Origin: Moniliella sp. 'wahieum'
Taxonomy: Eukaryota
Direction: 5' to 3'
DNA length: 64,000 nucleotides
Assembly (NCBI GenBank): GCA_003971905.1
Contig: RSEE01000018.1
Coordinates: 372,001 to 436,000, forward strand
The translations under genes were made by a program, and so were the position numbers. A model generated the notes under the pieces. That model searched no databases and was not told where the DNA came from. It saw only the letters and a program-made list of their open reading frames with translations. Shown here piece by piece: positions 35,263-48,619 of this stretch. Each line of letters starts with the position of its first letter. Positions within the stretch are counted from its first letter, which is position 1.

Positions 35263-38200
35263 TTAGTTGGGGTCGTTCCACAGCGCGGGCCAGTTGACCG
35301 GCAATTGCGGCACCACCGACCGTTCGCCCTCGGGCTGGGACGACATGAACTCGTCGTGTTCATGGATCGTCTGTTCGTACTCGCGCAGCGACTGGACCGC
35401 ATACACGTGCAGCTTCGCCGCGTAGCGTGGTTGGCCTGGGCGATCCGGGCCAAGGGCGCCGCGACGCCGGTACACTCCCGCGGGCACCCCGGCCAGCGAG
35501 GGCGCCGCCCAACTTTGTCGTTCGGATCCCGATCCCGACGGCCTTCGTCCGTGGCCGACGTCGAGTCTGTCTCGGACACGACGGGGCGACCAGTCCAGTG
35601 CCGGCCCCGGCACAAGGGAGGAACGTTTGGAAAACGCGCGCGACACGCGCGAGGAGCGAATGGAGTGGATCGACGCTGGCCGGCCGGGCGCTGGGCCGCC
35701 CGCGCCAGGCGGACCAGGCGGAGGCGCATGCGCCGTTTGCAGGTCAAACGTCGCGTCAAACGAGATGCGGTCCGAAGAGCTGGACGAGCGACGGCGCAAG
35801 GTGGTCGCGTGCTGAGGCAGCGAGGGGGAGGAGGTGGCACGGCGCAGGACCGACGGGTCCTCGGGGGGCGTGCTGGACGTCGGAGCTGGCTGGTCACGCT
35901 CCCTAGACGCAGCGAAGTAGTCGACCCGGTCCGCGCTGCCGGCAGTGCCGGCGGTGGCGACGGCATGTCGGGCTGAGACCCCGACCCGGATCCGCTCTTG
36001 CCGCCCGTCTTGGTCTTGCGCATCGAGCGCAACCATTTGGCCGCGCGCGATGCGGTCGACTTGACAGACGGGTGCTGCGGGTCCACGTCCCAATCCTCGG
36101 GCTTGCTCAGGTCGTCGTCCTCGTCCGAGGAAGGCGGGAAATAATCCGGCGACGGCGATCGCTCGATGGAGCGGGTGCGCTTGATGGTACTGACAAACGA
36201 AAGGCGGCGCCGGGACCGCGTGTCGGGCTCGTCGCCCTCTCCTCCTCGGTCTCCGAAGCTGACTCGGCAGTTTCGGGAGAAAGTTCATCGTGCCGCTCGC
36301 GGACCTCGTCGAGGCGATGATGAAGAGTTGGGCGATGATCATGGCCGTCGAGTTGCGAGGATCTTCGGGAGGCGCAGGGAAATCCGTCATGGCCGAGGCG
36401 AAGACGAGCAAATGCAAAAGTAAGCACGGATGAGGAAGGACCAGGAAAGGAAGAGTTTTTGGAAGATAGAGGTCTTGAGCAGAATGCCCTCTACAAACCG
36501 CATCCGGTTGGCCTTTGATGCGATCATCAGAGAAAGTTGGAGTAGGCAAACTAGATTCCCCATACCAATGTCAAATCTCAACGTCAGCAACAGCCATCCA
36601 TCGCATGCGATCCAAAAAAAAGAGAGAGTAGCCATCACTTACAGCAATCGTCCGCATCAGCGTCACGGCATGATCCGACTTTCCAACAACATCTCCACCA
36701 CCTCCAACACAAATGGCAGATCCACCACCTCGTCCACTCCCCAATCTGCCGCCTCAATCGCCGCAAAGAGCGAGTCGGTCCAGTCCAGAGACAAAACACA
36801 CCCTGCACGTCCCAGAGCGATGTGCGACGGAACAGGGTCTTGATCGCGTGTCGATCATGGGCAGGAAAATGAGCCTTGCACGCCACACAGCCGCACCGAG
36901 TCCCACCACCACCGCCGAGCACCGACGATTGGCCAAGTCCAAGTTACGTGGCTTGCCCGTCGTCGAGCCCACCAACACGTTCGCCGTCTCTCCCCATTGA
37001 ACGGGGACTTTTGCGAGCTGAGGGTGTGACGCTCATCAGTTCGCGCTGGACGAGAGAAAGGCACTTTGGTGGATGGAGGTGTTGATATGGGCGAAAGCCC
37101 GGTACGCCAAATACCATCCTCGGCTCAGCTTGCAGTTTTGAGATGGGGGCGCAGAGCCACGCTTGGCTGCGCCGTACAACAAGCGCGCCAACTGCCGGTG
37201 AAAGTTCCGACAAAAGGAGAAGAAAGAGTTCAGAGTCGTCCGACTTCCACCGGCGCAGCCAGTTGCCGCCATCTCGACCTTGACGTCCAAGCGGTTGATC
37301 AAACGACGTGCCAGCGTTGCCGGGCCCCATGCTGCCGGACGAGGTGCCCGGAGGGGAACTTTTGGCGCCAGCGACCACCCGCCTCAAACTGGGGGAGATC
37401 GAGGACTTGGCATTGCGGAAACAGTAAGGCGCAAGTGAGCAGGGAACAGTGCCAGGTACTCGTCCCACCCTGGTCCGTCTGGGGCTGGACCTGAGCCCAG
37501 CCGGCCTCTTCGGCCAGGTGGTCCAGGGAGGCGCGCTTGATGGGCAAATCACTCAACAGCTTGCCTGCCACGCCGTCGATCCGGAACAAGGCGATGGCCA
37601 ACACGCGCCCAGAGAAGATCAACGTGTTTTGGTACACGCCCTTTTTGTTCATCTCACCAATCGCAAACTCACAGCGCGGGAGAGGAGCGAAGTGTAGCGC
37701 TCCCGATCCAATCTTGAGTGTAGCGCTCGCGGCCTGACTTGAGCGCACGCGCGCACTGGCTGAGGAGTGGAGGAGTAGGCGAGGAGACATCGTCGCTTGA
37801 CAGCGCTGCCGCCGACAGATTCTCACTTTCCAACAGGCACGCCAGCGACTCGAGAATCGCCGCGGTCCGAGCTGGTGGTCATGGGGCAACTCGGCCAACA
37901 GGCTCGTCACCCACTCAAAGAGAGCGCACGGCGATTGTCGGGGCGGACAAAGGCGTTGGCCCGGGCCACCGCATCGGAAGTGGGCGTGCCAGGCGGGACA
38001 TACACCGAATACACACCCGGTCGCTCCAATTCGAGTTGGAGAAAGGGAAGAAGAACGCTGCGGAGCGGGACGGCCTTGTCCATCGGCAACCGATCCGCGT
38101 CGGACAAGGGGGGCGCGGCGGCCGCGTTGGCTGGGGAAGAACAGCGTTGACGGAACTGATCCAGTGCATCCTGCACCTCGGCCCATGCAGAGGCAGGGTA

Positions 38201-39408
38201 GACTGGGTGGCGGCTTGGCAGGTTCCTGAACCGCATCCGACGAATGCGACGTCGCTGTCGCCGAGTCCGGAGAACTCTCCGGATGGTTGCCGAAGCAGGC
38301 GCAGCGGCGCCGGACGAATCGGGGCGTCCAGAGGAGGAGGAAGCAATGTCATCCGAGGGATGAAAGTCGTCGTCAGAGCCACGCGACATGATACTGCGGG
38401 AGGCAGTAGTAGAGGTGCTAACCTGCTGACCTCGGTTGTGGGCAGGCGAGTTCCCGGAGAACGAGAGCGCAACCCGAGTCGGAAGAGGAGGCAGCGGCAG
38501 TGGAAGCAGCAGCGGCAGCCGCGGTAGCGGCATCGCGTAAGGAACGCCGTTGGCCAAAGCGGCCGGTGTGAAAGAGTTACGAGTACTGTCGCGTTGGCGC
38601 ATGAAGGCGCCTGGGGGAGGAGGGACGTCGGATGGGGTGCTATCCGGTTCGGTCTTGTGGCAGCGGCCGAGGCAGACGGAGAGGCAGCATGCCGGTTTTC
38701 CAAGCGGGCCAGGGTCGTAGGGTCGGGCTGGAGCCGGGGCTCGGCCCTCGACCGGTATCAGCGGATGCTCCGAAGGCGGAGAGGGATGTGTGGCTCGGCC
38801 AGGCGAGGGCGTTTCAGAGTGATCTTCGACGGTGCTGGAGGAGTCCGAGGGAGGCAAGCGTGTCTGCGGAGCGCGTTTTGATCCCGTGTGCCGAGGAAGG
38901 CGGGGAGGTGGCGGTTGCCGGCACTGAGGGCGAGGGTGAGGGTGAGGAGGCGGGGGAGTGGGAAGTGCGGTCGAAGAGGGAGCCCGTGCCGGAAGGGAGG
39001 AGGGTGTCGATGGTGGGTGCGCGTTCGGCGGCGCGGGTGGGGTCGGAGGGCTGGAGGCGGGCCGAGCCAGCGCGGGGGGTAGCGTCGGAGGCAGTGTCGG
39101 GTGGGGGCAGGGGGCGCGAGGCGGGGGGCGGGACGCGGGTGGGAGGGACAACGACGGTGCTGGGGGGGGCTGCGGGCGGGGCTCGGGGGCGGTGATGGGC
39201 GCGGGGGCGGCCAGCGCGCATAGTCGCCCGCCTTGCGGCGGCGGCGAGCAGGCGGCGGCGCTCGGCGGGCGTGACGATAAGCGCGGACACGCGGGCGCCG
39301 GTGTGGGCGACGGGCAGCAGCACACGCCGGGCGGCGGGGCTCGGGAGCGCCGGGCGCGCTGGGGCTGGCGGCGCCGGGGCGCGCACCGACGTCAGCAGCA
39401 GCAGGCAT
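35263..39408 (-). CDS. DUF1765 / UPF0592 protein (yeast Ahk1/YDL073W-like)
   Basis: NKKGVYQNTLIFSGRVLAIALFRIDGVAGKLL, NWLRRWKSDDSELF, FQKLFLSWSFLIRAYF..LLVF and the C-terminal YAVQSLREYEQ..VPQLPVNWP match recalled DUF1765 family blocks. Long Pro/Ser-rich N-terminus; many frameshifts. Confidence 0.72.
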
Positions 39409-39804
39409 GGCGGTGGCGGTGGGGAGAGCATCCACGCCCCCAGCAAGGGGGCCGCGGCGACGCGTGAGCGCGGTGGGTGAGCGTCGGCGTGGCGCCGCCC
39501 CCACCGGCGGGCTGGGGGCACGGCGCCAGTCTTGCGCCCCGCTGCGCGCGCCCGCGGGCGGCGTGCATTAGCGCTTGCTTAGCGCTTAGGTCTTGCCCCG
39601 GCGCACGGCGTTGCACCGAGTGGGTGCATTACGTACGCAGGCACGGCGCACGGCCCGTGGACGCCCGCCTGAAACGTTCAGGGGCGGCGCCCAACAACAC
39701 GCGCCGCTGAAAAACGGCTGAGGTCAGCAACTTTTGCTGCTGCTGGGCTGCGCGCCGATCGGCTGCTGGACCCCCACCGCTCCTCTTCCCGCCGGCGTGC
39801 TGGC

Positions 39805-42218
39805 ATGGTGCTGTCCGAGCTGCCCCACAGCATGCTCAACGGCCCCGCCCCACCCCGCCCCCCCGCCACCGACCCCAAGCTGCCCGCCCCCACCCCCACG
39901 CCCGCCGCCCCGACACGGAGCAGGAGGTCACCGACGACGATCTCGAGCAGGCCGTCCGTCTCGTCACGGCCTCGGCCGCGGCCGCAGCCAAGGCGCACCA
40001 CATTGCCCAGCAACACCCGCCCGCGCCCTCGTCTCGCCTCCCACCATACCTACCGTCTCTCCCTCTTCCAGTCCCACCCTCCCGCCCCCCCCCTCGCCCC
40101 ACTCGCCTCCGTCCCGTCCGCCCCGCGCATCCTCCGGCGCTCCCCCCCCTCCGACTCCGTCCTCCTCCCTCGTCCTCGCCCACCCGCTCGCCTCCCACCC
40201 CCACCGCGTGCAGAGTGCCACCCCCCGCGGCCCTGTGCCCGAACCCAGGACGCTCCCCTCCTTCCTCCCCTCCTACGGCCCCAAACCCGACCGGACCCAC
40301 ACGCCCTTCCCAGGCGGTGCATTAGCCCACGCGAGCCTGGCGCTCAAACGCCCCCTCCTGGGTCCACGGCCCCGATCCGCACCCAAACGGCGACCCAGTA
40401 CCCGCCGACGGACCAAGGAGGGCGATCCAACACCGTGGCGCTGCACCGACTGTGGCCGGTGCTACTCGCGTGCCGAGTATCTCCGCCGTCACGGCGTACC
40501 CACGAGAAAGTGCGTCCGTGGAGCTGCGTGTGTGGCAAGACGTTTTGGCCGGTCGGATGTGTGCACGCGGCACCGGCGACAATGCCGCATGGCACATGTC
40601 GCTGCCCTTGATACCGTCTCGGCCCAACCAACTTGCCTCCCGGCCAGCACAACCGTCGGGCTGGGAAGCGGCGGAGCGGGAGCGGGAACGCCCGGAACGG
40701 GCGCTGCCCAGTCCCTGCCACCGTCGCTGCCCTCTCGACGGCGTGCCAACCCCGCAAGCCGCAGTCCCGCGCGCTCGGGGCCAGCCAGCCGTTTGGCCAC
40801 GTGGAGTTTCCGCACGCAAGACTGCCTGCTGGCGTGGCACCGCCGGTTCAACTTGTCCCGGCAGCCAGCCCGGCGAAAGGGTCGGACCGGGCTTGCTAGT
40901 CCTTCACCCTCTCTGCCTCCGGTTTCTGGCCAGGACCAAGCGAGCCAAAATCATGGCCACGACCGTGACCGTGACCGTAACCGGGACCATGACCATGACC
41001 GTGACAATGACCCTGATCATGACCTTGACCACGACTGCGACCACAGCCGTTCCCATTCCCATTCCTTTTCGCTTTGTGGTGGCGCCGACGCGCACTTCTC
41101 GCCCCACTGGCAGGACGTGAGTGGGGACTGTGCCACGCCGGCGCTGGCCAGCACGCAGGCCACTACCGCCTCTGGCGACGAGCTGGGCGAGCTGGACTTG
41201 GCGTGTCTGTCGCAGTCGCCGGGGACGATGCTGACGCCTGCTGAGAGTGGAGGTGGGTCTGGCTCGGTGCAAGGCGAGACGAGCGAAGACGCGATGCACT
41301 TTGATCCGCTTTCGGTGCCGCAATTTGACCCTGCGATGGAGGAAGGGACGACGAAGTGTTGGCGTCGCTGCGGCGGTTGCTGAAGTGCATGAGGACGACG
41401 GGCCCGTCCAAGATGATGCGGAAGCGCAGCCCACGCTCCCCCTCCTGCCCAGATAGCGACCGCGACGATCACCTGGACCTCTCCGTCTTCCCTGCCCGCG
41501 CCACCGAGCAAGCGAGAGGCCGACCTGCCCGCTGATTTGGCCCTTTTGGCAACCGCCGTAGCCGAGCCCAACGGCCCCTCCGAACCCACCACGGAGCGGG
41601 CTGGAACGAGGGAAGGCGAAGCAGGAGACCGATTAGCCGGCATGGCGCGGTCCCGTTCATCCCAAGCAGGAAAACAAGAGGACGGAGAAGAAGATGCGTT
41701 TGGCCATTTCCCCCTGACATTTGAGTTCCCTGGTCTTCCGACGCTGTGCCAGAGGAGGAACGGGGCGAGGGTCGATGCCACAGCCGGACGATGCTGGGGT
41801 TGCGATGCACGTCCGTTCACCCTCCCCTCTCCGGCTGCCTCACCGGCACCCGAACCCAAACCCGCACCCGCACCCTACCTCCTTCCGCCGCTCGGGTGCG
41901 CAGCAGCGCCAACGCATTCAGTGCCTGGCACCGACAAGCGCGTCCGTCTCCCCTCCGGCGTCGGTCCTGCGCGGCATGGCCGCCCGCACGGCCGGCGTGC
42001 ACGTTCGTCTCTCCCTTTCTTCTGACGTGCGTGCGCTGTCGCCCCCGCCCTCTTCGGTTTCGGCGCGAGAGGAGGAATGTGCTTCGGTGGTCGCCATGCC
42101 CACTGCGCCCGACCCGCTGGAGGGAGCCGAGTCGGTGTTGGAGCTGGAAGAGCAGGCGGAGATGGCTTTCCCGCCGCTGGCGTGCGGTGTGGCGGGCGAG
42201 AAGGTGAGGGCTTGCTAA
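39805..42218 (+). CDS. C2H2 zinc-finger transcription factor (two fingers)
   Basis: WRCTDCGRCYSRAEYLRRH-(shift)-THEKVRPWSCVCGKTFGRSDVCTRHRRQC at about 40435-40590; Pro-rich N-terminus; His/Asp repeat at about 40950-41045. Confidence 0.82.
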
Positions 42219-42225
42219 GCCCCCC

Positions 42226-42276
42226 AACCAAAGCAAACCAAACCAACCAACCCAACCAAACCAAGCCAACCCAAAC
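42226..42276 (+). repeat. (CCAA/CCAAA)n microsatellite just after the zinc-finger gene stop
   Basis: ACCAAAGCAAACCAAACCAACCAACCCAACCAAACCAAGCCAACCCAAAC. Confidence 0.75.
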
Positions 42277-43523
42277 GACATGAAAGTCAACTGCGCCGTC
42301 TGTGGTGTCGGTATCGCTTGGCTCGAGAAGAGGGCCTCGGTTCCCGTGGACGGGAAAAACGGGGCAGTGAGTGCGTGGCTGCAGAGCAAGCTATCTGCCT
42401 CGTCGAATCGCTCCCCTGCACATTCTTTTTCGTTTGCAAACATTCCCATATACTGTGTTTTGCCCCAAAAGCATCTTCAACATATTGATTGTCATCAGTT
42501 GGTCTGCTTGGGGGGGGGGCGAGACGCAGGTAGGGTCCGCGGCAGACGGTGCGTTGCTTGGATCGGAAAGGATGGTCAGGACGCAGGATCTATAGAAGAA
42601 GCGCCCGAAGGGGCTGTGCCAGCCTGGGCCTTGTTCGTCCTGGGACTGGGCACGCAGCCTACAAAGGCAGTGCGAGGGGGCTCCACGTGAGGAAGCACTC
42701 TATTCCAGCTGCAAGATTCACGTGGATGATGTTCCTGGGCGGCAGCAGCGAGGCGGGCAGGGCCAGGGCATGGGCCGCTTGGCACCGCAGCCGCATGGGC
42801 GCGGGGGCGCTGTGTGGGGGCGGGGGCGGGCAGACAAGACAGCGATAGTCGATACGCGGCGATATCAGCAGCCGACGGCCACGCGCCACTACGCCAGTCC
42901 CCCCTCGGTCGCTGCTGCCCGGTGGGGTTCCTGGCTGGGTCGTGCAATGCATGATGCATGATACCCTCTGGGCGCTGCAGCGTCTGCCTGGCGCGGGCAC
43001 TGGTAGGCACTGCCCGGCACTGGCCAGCACTGGCCGGCAACTGGCTCGGCTCGCCCAGCAGGTGGGATGCTCGGCGGGATCATCGATCGAGGCAGGCTCG
43101 GCAATCGATCAGCGATCGCAGCGTCCCCATCCACTGTGCAGAGTGCCCCCGTGGGGCGACGCGGGTGGGGAATATATGTACGGGGTGGTGAACGTACTGG
43201 GTACTGAACCCGTCAAGTTGACGCTTACGAGTGGTGCGCCAGAGCGCCCGCTCGGTGCTGGGCTCGGCCGTGTGCGTTGCAGCGTGGTGTGTGGTGCGCC
43301 GGCCCAGGCTCGAGCAGCAGCAGCACAGGGCACGAAACCAGACATCCAGAGCGAGCCATGGCAGCACCCGACTCCCGGCGGTCGGCCATCCGCATCCTCC
43401 CATCATCCACACCTCTGCGTGCGCCCATTGCGTTCCACACTTTCTTTCTTTCCTTGGGTGCCCACAGCCGTTTGCCTCCACCACGCCATCGCCTCTCTTG
43501 CCGCGTATCCTCCCCCCGCCAGC

Positions 43524-44959
43524 ATGGTCGGCTTCCGCGCCGCCTCCGTCCCGACCCCCGCCAGTCCCAACGACGACGGCCTGCAGCCTCCCTTCACCCC
43601 CGACCTCGTCCACAGCCCCACCAGCCCGCCAGCTGCACCAGTGCCACCACCAGTCCATCTGCTGCGCCCCTCGCACTCTGCCGCCCGCCCGCGCTCCGCA
43701 CCGCGCCCATCAACCCCACCTCAGCGCCCCCTCCACCCACCTGGCTCGACCTCGATCTGGACCCCAGCCCTGCCTGCCCTCCCCCTCCCTTGCCCTTGGG
43801 GGTAGCCCCATGGACGGGGTGCAACAGGGCGCCGACCAAGACAACCCACCTCACTCTCTTCTCCTTCCCCCCGCTCGTCGCCAGCCCCGTCGAGATGAGT
43901 CTTCCCTCTTCGAGCCCCATACCGCCGCTCCGCTTCCCCCAATGGCTCCCGTCGCCGCCTCCCCCCGCGCCTCCCTCTCCACCACCGCCACCACCACCAC
44001 GACCGTCGCCAGCCTCCTTGGCGCCTCGTCCCGCCGCGCCTCTATCGCGCCTTCCGAACGGCACCCTAGTCTCACCCCGTCCACCGCGCCCAACCGGGGT
44101 TCCTGCGCAGCCGCCAACGCGCCGCCCAGCAACAACGCCACCGCTCCACCGATGACGCCGGCAGTGCGCCCCCCGCGTCCGAGCAGCCGGAAACGGAAAG
44201 CCGACTTGGGCCCCCTAGCCAATTGGAAGTGCAGGACGGGTCCGACAGCTCCTCGACCGCTTCGGGCTCGCTGTCTTCGCTGTCGCGCGAGCGAGGTCGT
44301 GGTCCGCAGACCGCCACGGGTTGCTCCAAGACGTGCGAGAAGATCGCGTTGGGCGTGGAAGCGCTGGCGCAACTGTTGGCGCAGTCGGCGGCGCTTGCTG
44401 CAATGGCGCGGTGCAGGCTGAGGAACCGTGGTGGGAGACCGCGCTGACGCTCGTCCACTTTGCAGGCCTCTATCCCACGCCCGAAACTGAACGGCACCAT
44501 TCGCTCGCGTGCCTCTTACGTCTCTTCCAACCCATCCCGCTCGCAGCGGGAGCAAGTCCGAGCTGACTGTGCCCGAGGCAGCCATGTTTGAGTCGCTGCA
44601 CGACGAGCCGAGCGAGTGCAGCCTGATTCGGATCCGGTCGTAGGTCAAGCGGTGCAGACCTACCTTCGTTCCACCCGTGCCCTCCCGGCTGCCGGCCCTC
44701 TCCGCAGCTCGGTTCTGCCACCATTCCACGCCCGTCGGGGCGGACACGCGCCTGTCCCTGACACCGCTCCGGGGATTGTCCCCTCTGACGCCCGGTGGCA
44801 GCTTGCTCGCGTCCGGCCTGCCCCCGAGCGCCGTCTTGTCTGCCCGACGGCGCGACGTGTACTAGCCGCGGCCGCCAGGGAATGCGACGCACGTGGGACG
44901 TGACGCAGCTCGTCTTGCTCGGCGGCTGGTGCGGGGTCAAGTATTGGAAGTGGGCGTGA
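43524..44959 (+). CDS. Hypothetical protein with a Pro/Ser-rich N-terminus and a hydrophobic C-terminal tail
   Basis: ATG at 43524 (MVGFRAASVPTP), stitched ORFs including EKIALGVEALAQLLAQ and PWWETALTLVHFAG, ending WDVTQLVLLGGWCGVKYWKWA*. Confidence 0.5.
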
Positions 44960-45799
44960 TGCGCGGTCGGGCGGTACCAGATGCGAATGGGGTGCGGCCT
45001 ACGTCGAGGCACCTTCCCTCCTAGCCGGGCGAGGCAGCGTCAGCTCCTCTGGTGGTTCCACTGCCTCTGCACCAGCACGAAAGGCGTCTGACCCTCTGCC
45101 TCCATTGGGTTCTCGCCCCTCCTCTCCGCCGTCAGGCGGCGCCATGGAGTTGTACCCCATCTCTGGCCGCTTGGCCGCCGCAGGCGCCGACCCGCTGCCG
45201 GCTTGCTCGGGTACGTTTCGCTCACTTTGGCCCAGTGCGCCGATTCGTGTACGATTAGTCTCCCCCCCCTCCTACCTTGGCCCACACACCCACCTTCTCC
45301 CTCCCCAAAGGGCAGACCACATACCGTTGCTGTCGCACCCACTGCCATTGTGCCAGTATCGCCCTTCTTTTTGGTGTTTGCCTGTTGCCCGTGGTTCCTT
45401 CTGTGGATACCTATAACATTACGGTTTACCTCGGCCAACACTCTCTAGCACTCTAAATCGTACCTGCGGAGTCACATGGACTTTCACAACACGTTTTTGC
45501 CTTAATTGTGGGGAGGGAACTGTCGGAATGAACTCAACGTTGCATGAAGCATGCAGGGAAGTGGGGGCAGAAGAGCGTATCCGCTTTTCTCGCCCTCTTT
45601 TGGGACAATACCAAGCACACAGAGCATCAGCGTCCCGGTTTCCACCCCCACAGTCATGGGAAATTGGCACTGGCAACCTACGTATCGTAGGGCGATCGCG
45701 TTCTTCCCCGAAATCGAGCTCCCTCGGTTGTGCCCATATATATGGCACGTGGGGCCCAAGCATAGGACCGCCATAAAAAGAGAGACAGAGGGATGGGAT

Positions 45800-45833
45800 A
45801 GCAGTGGAGCAGTGGAGCAGTGGAGCAGTGGAG
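45800..45833. repeat. 8-bp tandem repeat (AGCAGTGG)4
   Basis: Direct reading of 45800-45833. Confidence 0.85.
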
Positions 45834-48619
45834 CCGACAATGGAGGGGTCTCGCGTCTGTCAATTGGCCTCGGACATGTCTACACACACGAGTTCTAGGT
45901 GTACCATATCACCACAATGCGATGCGATGAGATCATGGGACACTGTGACATCGTGATACATTACTTAGCCATCGCACAAGTTCTCCTCCTGGTATGGGTA
46001 TGGGCATGCTTCCACTGGCAGCGCCCTTTCCCCCGGTCGAAGGCCATTCGTCTTTCTCCGCTGCTTGACAAGGAGATGGTGAGCAAGGCGCGGCCCAGTT
46101 GGTCACCGGTCACCGTCCCTCTCCCGCTTCTGCTGCCTCAGTACTTCAGTCCTTCAGTTCTTTTGTACCCTCAGGGGTGTGGGGCCTTGTTGCGCTTAGC
46201 ACCCTAGCAGAGAATCTGGTATTCGGGCAATGTATGTCGATCAACCAGTTGGATTGGGCATTGGGACCTTCCGTCGCGTCCTGCCTTGGCGTCTCATGCA
46301 TGCCAGGCACATCAGGCACGTCAGGCACGTCATGTAGTGACGTAGAAGAAAGAAGGCGTCTTCGGCCTTACCGGTTCCCGGGTACCGGTTACCACTCCGT
46401 TTTCCTCGTCACGTATAGCGTCCATGTCCTTCGAAACTCAGTCTCTTCGTGTCTCCATCCACCTGCTTTTTCAGTTTTTGGGGCGTCCATCTCGAACAAG
46501 AGGGAGGCATAATTGCATGGAAGGTATACAAGTGATGCCATAATGATGCATGCATGACGCCTTTCCATCGTTATTAATGGCTGTACATAGCTGGCTGTAC
46601 TTCTCCAGGGCTTCCCCGCCCCAAAGCCTTTGGGTTTCCCTGGCTTCCCACAACCCACCCCCTGTGTGGGCTCTTTTCCGAAAGCTTGTTCGGTCCCTGG
46701 GTCCAAGGTTTGCCAAGGAAGAAGAGAGATTCTGAACCAGAAAGCGAGGTGTAAAATTTAACGTACGTTCAACGTTCAACGTACTCAACGTGCACTGACC
46801 CAAGCGTGTGGCGCATGGGTTAGATCTAGACAATTCTCCCTCGCCAGAAAGCCAGGCCCCTCCTTGCTCGTACATAGAACCCATCCTTCCGAGCTGGAGA
46901 TAGGAGAAAACCGAATACAACCCTGCGGGCAGGGGGTCACACATGTCACACGTCACATGTCGCATGCCAAATGTAGCCGGTCACCGGCTGGCCTCCCCCG
47001 GGGAAGGCGCCGGTAGAGCCGGAAGAGCGCAGAGCTTAGATACCTTGCAGGGCGTTTAGATCTTAGAACTCAGAGCGGCTCGGGGTGAAATTTGAATTGG
47101 ACGTTTGATTAAGATTGCGATTAGATTATGAACGTTGTGGATGGGCTTCGGGGGCTGCCCAGGCACACACACGCAGGCGACCGTCACGCGTTCCCTTACC
47201 GATGGCTAGTCCCTGACTGGTACCCGGTACGTATGGTACGTATTGTACATCACAGGTGGCACGTCGATGATGCATGATGTATGTACAGACGGCCAGTTCA
47301 TTTTTTTGTCCGTGTGTCGTATGCTTTGGGAGTCGTGTGAGGTGGCGGGGGCTGGGCGGGCGTTTTGGGCGTTGGGAGCAGTCGCGTGTGGGATGGCCTG
47401 GATGCAGATGGCGCGGGGCCGCGGGTGGCGAGAGGTGGGGTCTAGTCTGGTGTAGTGCACGGTGCGACTAGTGTCGGCTAGCGCCCTCTGGCGCCCTGAC
47501 CGGTGACCGGCCTGAGGACGTAGGCTCTGTGAGAGACAGGCGGTTGACCTGAAGCTTGAAGGGTAAAAACGTCAAGCGTGTACCGACAACATTGTTGCGG
47601 GATCGCTCGAATCGTTGCGTGGTGCCTCGATGCAGGATATCCTACACTGTCCCTCGACAAAACCCTGTTTTCAAGCCGAGCAGAAAAGGAAAGCGCTAGC
47701 GGCGGTTTAGATAAAGTACTAACGCGCTAACGATTGGCGCTTCGCGTTTAGCGCCCGCGCTCTGTGGCTCAGCACATTCTCCTTTTTTCCTGGTTATTTA
47801 GCTGTTGCAATGGCAAAAGCATGGCGGATCACGCTGTCCTGTGACTAGTGACTGCGGTGCTGGTGTGCGTCCCATGTCCCATGTCACACGTCACATGTCA
47901 CAGGTGATCGCGATCAGTGGTAGAGCAAGCCCGGGGTATACGCTGGTCTAAGCGCGAGGATGGCTGATGGGTGAGATCTGGGATCTCAGACGGAATGGAC
48001 ACACTCCGCAAGGCGGTGGATATGGATTTGTTGATGCAGATAATGTGCGGAGGGAGGGGGGGAGAGGGGGCGGAGGTGAGCGTGTGAGCGTGTGAGCGTG
48101 TGAGCGCGGGAGGCGGCAGGTACGGTGCCTGTGAGTCCGCGTGCAGCCACTGGTGAATCTGGGCGGAGGAGTGGGGCAGGGGGGCGGTGTGCGCGGCGTG
48201 TGCGCTGGCGCTGTCACAGTCACACACCCTGCCAGCTATCGGCCGCAGCCCGCGAGCAGCCGCTACGTAGCAGCACTGCCCCGACAGGAGGTTGCGCCGC
48301 TAGGGTTATGCCTGGGGGCGCCACCAGCCTGCGGCGTGCGGCGTGCGGCGGGAGGCGGCAGGAGGCGTTGCGGCTGGCCATGTGCGCGGGGCGCTGGGCA
48401 GCACATGCGGTCGGGCGGTGCTTAGGCTTGGGGACGGCGCGGCTGGCCGGGGCAGTGTTTGGTACCTGCAGCCAGAAAACTCAGTCCTTCGCCCAGCCGT
48501 GCCTGGCCCATGCTCAGCGTCACCCACCCCCCCTCACATCCCGCCACGCCCAGGCACACGCCATCCCCAGCGCTTCTTCTTCCCGCCCCCTCCACCACAC
48601 CGCCAGCGCACCTGCCCAG

